From Octopus vulgaris (taxonomy: Eukaryota), in contig OX597819.1 of NCBI GenBank assembly GCA_951406725.2, positions 78,554,001-78,618,000 of the forward strand: a DNA stretch of 64,000 nt, read 5' to 3'. Shown here piece after piece: positions 55,094 to 64,000 of this stretch; position 1 is the first letter of the stretch, and each line of letters starts with the position of its first letter. The position numbers and the translations under genes were made by a program. The notes below the pieces were generated by a model. The model was not told where the DNA came from. It did not search any database and saw nothing but the letters and a program-made list of their open reading frames with translations.

Positions 55094-55328
55094 CACCGGC
55101 ACAGTTTAAGCTACCTGTTGCCACCTGCAGTTGTGGTACACTTCTGGTGGATCTACTTCAGGAACTCCGCATTGGCAGTTAGGGTAATAGTATTAATTAA
55201 CAGTAGGAGATGGATTTCGTATTAGACTTTTATTAGGCCCAACACATGGGTCGAAACATATGTTGTACCTCATAAAAGTCTAATCCGAAATCCATTTCCT
55301 ACTAAGAATAAATACTATATATATATAT

Positions 55329-55727
55329 TCTTTTACTCTTTTACTTGTTTCAGTCATTTGACTGCGGCCATGGTGGAGCACCGCCTTTTGTCGAGCAAAT
55401 CGACCCCAGGACTTATTCTTTGTAAGCCTAGTACTTATTCTATCGGTCTTTTTAGCCGAACCGCTAAGTTACGGCGACGTAAACACACCAGCATCGGTTG
55501 TCAAGCGATGTTGGGGGGGACAAACACAAACACACACACACACACACATACATATATATACATATATACGACGGGCTTTTTTTCAGTTTCCATCTACCAA
55601 ATCCACTCACCAGGCTTTGGTCGGCCCGAGGCTATAGTAGAAGACACTTGTCTAAGGTGCCACGCAGTGGGACTGAATCCGGAACCATGTGGTTGGTAAG
55701 CAAGCTACTTAACACACAGCCACTCCT
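55329..55727 (-). mobile_element. SINE family A, full length
   Basis: Collinear with 16741-17147. Confidence 0.95.
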
Positions 55728-56025
55728 ATATATATACATATGCTATATATATACATATGTATACACACGTATATAAGTGTGTGTATTTGTATACATAATA
55801 CATACATACATACATACATATTAATGTTTGTTTTCATGTTATGCTGAAAACAATTTTACATTAAATTGAATGATTGCACAATACTTTTGACAGTACAATT
55901 TTACTATTCTTTAGCAAAAATATTATGGACAGTGACTTCGAAGTTTCTACCAGCTAAGCCATCATCGGACAGTCATACATGCATACATACATAAATACAC
56001 GTGCACATAAACCCGTGTGTTAAGT

Positions 56026-56058
<33 letters not shown>

Positions 56059-56059
<1 letters not shown>

Positions 56060-56215
56060 TTTTTTTCTCTCCTTGTTTTTTTCTGTGTATCTTTCTGTCG
56101 AAGAGCATAGGCTCGAAACGTAAAAGACTTTCTATTCCTGAGTGCTATACTAATACATTTGTTTGTTTGTACTCCACCTGCCTTTGTCTTTTGTTTATTT
56201 TCGTAAATTTTCCCT
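56059..56215 (+). mobile_element. Penelope-like short insert, family P1, with hammerhead motif (56090-56127)
   Basis: TCTTT-CTGTCGA-A-GAGC-ATAG-GCTC-GAAA-CG-TA-AAAGA; (TA)n on both sides. Confidence 0.75.
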
Positions 56216-57147
56216 TTATATATAAATGTACATATACATAGTATGTTTGTCTGTATGCATGTATGTATATCAGGGTGTGTGTAAGTGTGTATCGTTTTAA
56301 GTGTTTTTGTTTTGTGTATGAATGTAAGTTTTATTGCATAGTGCATACTGGGTAAAATGTGTGTATAAAGCCGTGAGTGTGTGTGTTCGTGCATGTCTGT
56401 GTGTGTGTATATGTGTTGTTAGCTAGTAAACACAAGCAGTGTGCACCCGTTAGACATTTCGCTAATTTGCAGCTAACAGCAATAATTCAGTGCAGGCATA
56501 CATGTATATGTACATGTGGATACACACACATACACACATATATACACTTATAGCTGTGCGTGTATCTCTCTCTCTCTCTCTCTCCCTCTCTCATATATAT
56601 ATATATACGCATACACGCACGCACACACACACAATGACATAGATTTATATACACACACTCACATACACACAACGAGACATGTCGACGCTGTCATTAATAC
56701 TTGGATAAGTGTTTGATGTTCTACAGTCGAAGAATTTCGAAATTTCAGGGTAAGGTTCTTGTTGAATTCGTTGCAGAATGTGGGACAAACATAAACGGAC
56801 TCATAAAGCCTACCAGCCAACCATCCAGCCAACGAGCAAGTCAGGCAGGCAGGCAGTCTTCCAGCCACACACCCAGTCACAGAATCACAGAGAGAAATAG
56901 TTTTACACAGTTACATATATTAACACTAGTGAACTGCAGCACAAGACGACGACGTCGCCGCCAGTTAATCAACAGAAATAATATTTTTAAGCAATCTTTT
57001 ATTATTGCTACCTGATTTGCTTCCCAACCACATGTTTCCGGGTTCAGTCCCATTGCGTAGCATCTTGATCAAGTGTCTTCTATTATAGCCTCCGGCTGAC
57101 CAAAGCCTTGTGAGTGGATTTGATTGATAGAAACTGAAAGAAGCCCT

Positions 57148-57176
<29 letters not shown>

Positions 57177-57179
<3 letters not shown>

Positions 57180-57528
57180 CGATTACATCTACCCCAGTAC
57201 TTGACTGGTACTTATTTTATCGATCTCCAAAGAATGAAAGTAAAGTCGACCTCGGAGGAATTTGAACTCAGAACACGAAGACAGACCAAATACCTATTTC
57301 TTTACTACCCACAAGGGGCTAAACACAGAGAGGACAAACAAGGACAGAGAAACGGATTAAGTCGATTATATCGATCCCCAGTGCCTAACTGGTACTTATT
57401 TAATTGACCCCGAAAGGATGAAAGGTAAAGTCGACCTCGGCGGAATTTGAACTCAGAACGTAGCGACAGACCAAATACCGCTAAGCATTTCGCCTGTCAT
57501 GCTAATGATTCTGCCAGCTCGCCTCCTT
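57177..57528 (-). mobile_element. Dimeric SINE B
   Basis: Two AAAGTCGACCTCGG cores joined at AAATACCTATTTCTTTACTACCCAC. Confidence 0.88.
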
Positions 57529-57620
57529 AATAATGCTAATATAGGTACAAGCCTATATTAAATTGCTCGGCAGAATTTGAACTCATTTCGTCCGGCTAAC
57601 GATTCTACTAGTTCACCTCC

Positions 57621-57653
<33 letters not shown>

Positions 57654-58163
57654 GGACTTGACAGAGAAAAAAATTGGTACGACCACAAACCCGAAGGCAC
57701 CATCGAAAATGATAATGCAAAGATCCTGTGGGATTTTATGATTCAGTGCGACCATGAGGTAGAGAATGGGAAGCCAGACATAGTCTTAAATGAGAAAGAA
57801 ACCAAACTATGTTGGATCATAGATAGAGCATGCCCAGCTGACAACAAGGTATGCGATAAGGAAGAAAGAAAAGTCGATAGGTATGACAGGTTGGCTTGGG
57901 AGGTAAAGCAGTTGTGGTCGATGAAAAAGGTGGCAGTGGTACCAATAATTGTCGGATCCCTGAGAGCAGTGAATAAAAACCTCGAGAAGTACATGGAACA
58001 AATAAGGGCTGCAATGAGGAGTGAAGCACTTGCAGAAAATAGCACTGCTTGGAACCGCTCGAATACTCCGGAAGGTGCTCAGAAAATAAGGTGTTACCTT
58101 AGTTCACTGGTAGTGAGCAGCTGACACCGTAGTATATCTCCAGCGTTAGAAGCTGTGCAAAGG
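57654..58163 (+). mobile_element. 5'-truncated R4/Dong-like non-LTR retrotransposon (restriction-like endonuclease domain plus 3' UTR)
   Basis: WYDHKPEGTIENDNAKILWDFMIQCDH...KPDIVL...IIDRACP...EERKVDRY...VVPIIVGSL, then after a frameshift LQKIALLGTARILRKVL; (TAA)n on both sides. Confidence 0.92.
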
Positions 58164-58641
58164 AATAATAATAATAATGATAATAATCCTGTCTACTATG
58201 GGCACACGGGCTGCAATTTTGGGGAACGATCACATCAACCCCAGTACTTGACTGGTACTGAATTTGTCGAGCCAGAAATAATGAAAAGTGAAGTTGACCC
58301 AGTGCTCAACAGGTACTTATTTCATCGGAAGCGTTTACGAATAACACCGTCGCAGAGTTTCTCTCGCCTGATCAGCTGTATTTAGCGAGCATCTGAAAAT
58401 AGACTGAATGAGACTTTGGGCTCTGTCTAAATACTAAACAAAATGACACAGACACACAAACATTAACGAACGAATGACCAAATTAAATACAAAAAAGAGG
58501 TAAATATCTGGACAGGTAACTTCAAGAGAGTACCAGTAATACGCAAAATAAATTCTAAAGTCGAATCGCATTCACAAGAACTTGGCATTACGAGTAAAAG
58601 GCTGTATGTATGTATGTGTGTGTGTATATATATATATATAT

Positions 58642-59086
58642 CTTTTTTATCTTTTATCTTTTACTTGTTTCAGTCATTTGACTGTGGTCATGCTGGAGCA
58701 CCGCCTTTAGTCGAGCAAATCGACCCCAGGACTTATTCTTTGTAAGCCTAGTACTTATTCTATCGGTCTCTTTTGCCGAACCGCTAAGTTACGGAGACGT
58801 AAGCACATCAGCATCGGTTGTCAAGCGATATTGGGGGGACAAACACAGACACACAAACATACATAGACACACACACATACATATATATATATGTATACAT
58901 ATATATATATGTATACATATATATGACGGGCTTCTATCAGTTTCCGTCTACCAAATCCACTCACAAGGCTTTGGTCGCCCCGAGGCTATAGCAGAAGACA
59001 CTTGCCCAAGGTGCCACGCAGTGGGACTGAACCCGGAACCATGTGGTTGGTAAGCAAGCTACTTACCACACAGTCACTCCTACGCC
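58642..59086 (-). mobile_element. SINE family A, full length
   Basis: Collinear with 16741-17147. Confidence 0.95.
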
Positions 59087-59814
59087 TATATATATATATA
59101 TATATTACATACATATATATATATATAAGGATAAACTTACTAGGAAAATGATGCGTGGCATTCGATACATCCTGTTTCCGGAGTAGAGCTATGATAGAAA
59201 CGTAAAACAACCACTCTTTTATTTCTTTGAGCATCTTATGCTCATGTGTTAGGTCCTCACGTTGTTTTTTTTCTTCTAGTTATCTTTTTCTCTGCCTTTT
59301 TTAATTAACTACATATATATATATATGTATATATATATGTATGTAACGGAAAATTGGGAATTATGGGGTATTATTTTTTCACTACTACATGTGTTGCACT
59401 TGCTAATGGGAATTACAAAAGGAAACGACTGGCATTTACTCTAGCTACCTAGATAGGAGTCGGGCTCCTGCGAAACATGAAGCGTGGGTTTAGCGAGGAG
59501 TAGAATAAAATCCGAATAAGAAGACAAAGAAAGACGTTTTGTCTTCTTTTTTGGATTATAAGTGTGTGTATATATACATACATACATATATGTATATATA
59601 TATGTGTGTGTGTGAGTGAGTTGTATGTGTGTGTGTATACACACACACACAAACACACAACGGACTTCTTTCAGCTTCCGTCTACCAAATCCACTCAAGA
59701 CTTTTATTCGACCCGGAGATATAGTAGAGAAGATACTTGCTCAAGGTGACACTGAACCCAAGACCACGTAGTTGGGAAGCAAGTTTCTTAACCACACAGC
59801 CAAGTCTGCACCTA

Positions 59815-60290
59815 CATGCATGCATACATACACACATTCGTTCATACACACATACATACATACATACATAATACATACACACACACATACATACACACAT
59901 ACATAAATATACACATTCATACATACACATACATACACACATACATACATACATACACACATTCATACATACATACATAATACATACACACACACATACA
60001 TACACACATACATAAATATACACATTCATACATACACATACATACACACATACATACATACATACACACATTCATACATACATACATAATACATACACAC
60101 ACACATACACACATACATACACACATTCATTCATACACACATACATACACACATACATACACACACACACACATTCATACATACATACATACACACATAC
60201 ACACATTCATACATACATACATACATACATACATACATACATACATACATACACACATACATACATACATACATACATACATACATACAT
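59815..60290. repeat. (CATA/CA)n field with 109-bp higher-order periodicity
   Basis: Marker ATAATACATACACACACAC at 59868, 59977 and 60086. Confidence 0.85.
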
Positions 60291-60936
60291 GTATGTATGT
60301 ATGTATGCAATGTACACGTACATGAACGAATGACATTGAAAAGTTGCAAGCTGTTCGCAATTGAACTGCATGATTTAATTATGCAGTGTAAATCAGTTGA
60401 AAAACTATTAACTCGAGGAATAAATAAATAAATAAATATGTTTATCGGCGGAGGAACTAGAGAAGATGAACAAATTGCTCTTTACCGCTTTCCCTATGTC
60501 TTGTTCTCTCTCCCCCACCTCTTTCTATGTCCTTATTCACACAAACGACATCATTAAGTTGCTGGAGAGCATCGAGATATATATATATATATGTATTAGT
60601 GCATTAAATGAAAGAGTAAGTAAAATGGCTTAATTATAATGTGTAGATAATTATCACACACATACCGGTAGTGTTAAGATCAAGTTACACGCGCGCTGGC
60701 ACACACACACACACACAGAGAAGGTCAGTGTATCCTGCCACTCGCTTCAATTGATATAAGAAATAAGTTAAGATACTTTAGATACTGCAGGACAAACGTA
60801 GGCGGCTGCGTGGTTCATCACGCTTTATAACGAAGTAGTTTCGGATTCAGTCTCGCTGCGCTGTCTTCTCCTATAGCCCTGGGCTGACCAGCCAATGCTT
60901 TGTGAGTGAATTTGGCAGGCGGAAATTATGCGGAAC

Positions 60937-61220
60937 CCTATACTTTCTAAACGTTCCTGTACTTTCTGTTCTTTCCTTTTGTCGCTATCTCCCCTACTTC
61001 TTAGCTCTCCTGTGTGACCTTTCTGTCCGACATTCGCCATGATAGATCGGTAGTCACTACACACTTTTTTCTTCTCTCTTTGTTTCTTTCTGTGTTCTTT
61101 TCTGTGGAAGAGCGTAGGTTCGAAACGTTAAAGACCTTTTCAATTCCCGAGCGTTATACTAATGCATCTGTTTGTTTTCTACACCACATGTCTTCGTCTT
61201 TTGTTCTTTTCGTGAATTCT

Positions 61221-61224
<4 letters not shown>
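60937..61224 (+). mobile_element. Penelope-like insert, family P1 (longest copy), with hammerhead motif (61098-61134)
   Basis: TTT-CTGTGGA-A-GAGC-GTAG-GTTC-GAAA-CG-TT-AAAG; 3' end TCTCCCT then (TA)n, as in the other P1 copies. Confidence 0.75.
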
Positions 61225-61264
<40 letters not shown>

Positions 61265-61986
61265 ATCCAAGTGTACAGTATTATATATCTGTTAAGGCCG
61301 ATCTTACAAATCAGTTTCGCACTAGGGGTTCAACAGGATATTAGGTAACAACCGGATTAAGTAACCTTGCGCTCTTTAGAGTTGACAGTTATGGAAGGAA
61401 ATGTGACGACTGCTACGACAGGGACAATTAAAAGAAGGAAAGAAGATATATAAAATTTAATATTCTTAATTTCGTTATAAATGTTCTCTTTTAGTTGGAG
61501 AAAGAAAACCGAAAACCCAGAGGAAAAGGTTAATCATATTTAACATGCCTATAGCTAGTCACAGTTGTCCCTTTACAAACATGGATCGAAATTTCCTTTC
61601 TTCTAAGCATGTCAATTAATTAATTCTTAATCTCAATGAAATTATCACCCTTTCTCATTCATAATAAAGTGATCCTAGTTCTATTTTTCTTTTTCTATTG
61701 GCAGAGTCGTTAGAATGTCGGATAGAATATTTCGCAGTATTAACTTCAAGTATAGCGATCTGATTTCAAGTCTTGATGAGGTCAACTTTGTTTTACATAC
61801 TTACAGATGTTGGGTGTTGACAGAAAAGCGCCAATCCAGAGAATTATCTTAACAGAAAATTTAACTGTTTGCTATACAGCAAACAACATTACAAAACATA
61901 AAAACAAAACAAACATTCTAGAACCGACAACCATTTCTTCATTTTATTTATTTATTTATTTCACTTCGTTAAACGGATGTAACATG

Positions 61987-62040
<54 letters not shown>

Positions 62041-62131
62041 CGAGGAGGTAAAAGAAAATACAGAAGGATCAGTTAATTATGTGAGTGTATTTAGTTTTCA
62101 TTAATATGTTTTATTGCATACACACACAAAC

Positions 62132-62174
<43 letters not shown>

Positions 62175-62265
62175 CGAGGAGGTAAAAGAAAATACAGAAG
62201 GATCAGTTAATTATGTGAGTGTATTTAGTTTTCATTAATATGTTTTATTGCATACACACACAAAC

Positions 62266-62316
<51 letters not shown>

Positions 62317-62641
62317 GGTATGTGTGCGTGTATGTGTGTGTGTGCGCGCGTGCGTGTGCTTGTGCCTGTGTGAGTGTCCACGCGTGTGTATGTATGAGTG
62401 TATTCATGTATGCTAATAGACGTGCATACATGTATGTTCTTATGTATTCTAAACTACGGCCATCAGTCTCAAGTGATAATTTGAGAGCATGTACGATGCC
62501 TTCGGTAATTCTTTAAGTTGCCTGTGTAGTCGTAAGTACACAGCTTCGGACCGAGCGAAGCATGAAGTTCATGAGAGAGAGAGAGAGAGAGAGAGAGAAA
62601 GAAAGAGAAAGAAAAAAAGAGAGAGAGAGAGAGAGAGATAG

Positions 62642-62679
<38 letters not shown>

Positions 62680-62965
62680 TGAGAGAAATGCAGCAGTACG
62701 CAACTGCAAGTAATTTCAACTAAGAGAGGAGTAAAGAAAAAATGTAGTGCCTTGACATGACATCGAACCCGCAGATTTATGATTGTGAGAGTAACACCCC
62801 AGCCACAAGGACACGCTACTTGATATACACTCATACACACACCTAAACACAATCTTGCAGAAAATACTGCAAGAGTTACTCGAGTGCTAAGAACGTCGTG
62901 CCAAGTTCCTTATCAAGCACGTTCTCTCCGTCAACTCTGCCACTCCCATAGGTGATATTATATAA

Positions 62966-63352
62966 ATTTCTTTATTACCCACAAGGGGCTAAACACAGAA
63001 GGGACAAACAAGGACAGACAAACGGATTAAGTCGATTACACTGACCCCAGTGCGTAACTGGTACTTAATTTATCGACCCCGAAAGGATGGGAGGCAAAGT
63101 CGAAGATACATACATATAAGGCGGCGAGCTGGCAGAAACGTTAGCACGCCGAGCGAAATGCGTAGCCGTATTTCGTCTGCCGTTACGTTCTGAGTTCAAA
63201 TTCCGCCCAGGTCGACTTTGCCTTTCATCCTTTCGGGGTCGATAAATTAAGTACCAGTTACGCACTGGGGGGGTCGATGTAATCGACTTAATCCGTTTGT
63301 CTGTCCTTGTTTGTCCCCTCTGTGTTTAGCCCCTTGTGGGTAGTAAAGAAAT
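62966..63352. mobile_element. Truncated SINE B (minus, 62966-63103) head-to-head with a full SINE B (plus, 63120-63352)
   Basis: CCCACAAGGGGCTAAACACAGA...TTAATTTATCGACCCCGAAAGGATG is the reverse complement of about 63212-63352. Confidence 0.92.
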
Positions 63353-63489
63353 ATATATAGAATGATACATACATATAAACATACATGCAGGCAGGCATCA
63401 TACACACACACACACACACATACATGTATATATGAGTACAGGCATATAAATACGCAACACACGTGGCACACGCATGTACATGTGTGAGT

Positions 63490-63655
63490 ATACGACGGGC
63501 TTCATTCAGTTTCTGTCAACCAGTTTCTGTCAATCATAAGGATTTGGTCGGCTCGAGGCTATAGTAGACACATGCAGAAGATGTCACGCAGTGGGACTGA
63601 AACCGTAACCATACGGCCGGGAAGCAAACTCTTTACCAAACGGTCATGCCTGCAC
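63490..63655 (-). mobile_element. SINE family A 5' half, degenerate
   Basis: ACGACGGGCTTC...CACGCAGTGGGACTGAAACC. Confidence 0.8.
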
Positions 63656-64000
63656 GCTTATGTGTGTGTATTTGTGTGTGTGCACGCGTGTAAATTCGAT
63701 GCCAGTTTCAAAACATTCTCCTGTCCTCAGAAATTTCTCAATATTCTTAGTTTTACCTTGAGATTTGTTGTGTCCGACCGGCCCCGATTCGGCAGATCCG
63801 TGATTAAAAATGTCCCAATCGTGATCTACTAGTATTTCGTTCTAAAACTAGTATACCAAATTATCTGTTATACCTTCATTTTTAGAACAGTAACACAAGG
63901 ACTGGCAGCATTTAACTGGTGTGTCTAGCATGCTAAGAAGCCAAGGGCATATTTTTTCACTTTAGAACTAAACGTGGGAGTGTATTAGCTTCATTGAGGG

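Overview
AT-rich, microsatellite-saturated eukaryotic DNA that looks intronic or intergenic. The SINE repertoire and (TA)n/(CA)n/(TAA)n load point to an Octopus genome (inferred, not searched). No host protein-coding gene, rRNA, true tRNA or CRISPR array could be supported; nearly all ORFs in the track are translated microsatellite or SINE sequence. Present: (i) dozens of copies of three tRNA-headed SINE families (labelled A, B, C here), many as closely spaced inverted pairs; (ii) decayed DNA transposons: mariner D34D, maT D37D, a Tc1-like fold-back with D35E spacing, and hAT-, Merlin- and pogo-like MITEs; (iii) a (TAA)n-flanked R4/Dong-like retrotransposon 3' end; (iv) a set of short non-coding inserts in (TA)n tracts carrying minimal type I hammerhead ribozyme (HHR) motifs, as known for Penelope-like elements. 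Several of these have fold-back arms, and one three-copy family has a consistent non-canonical core CUGUNGA. Boundaries of degenerate repeats are approximate (read by eye).
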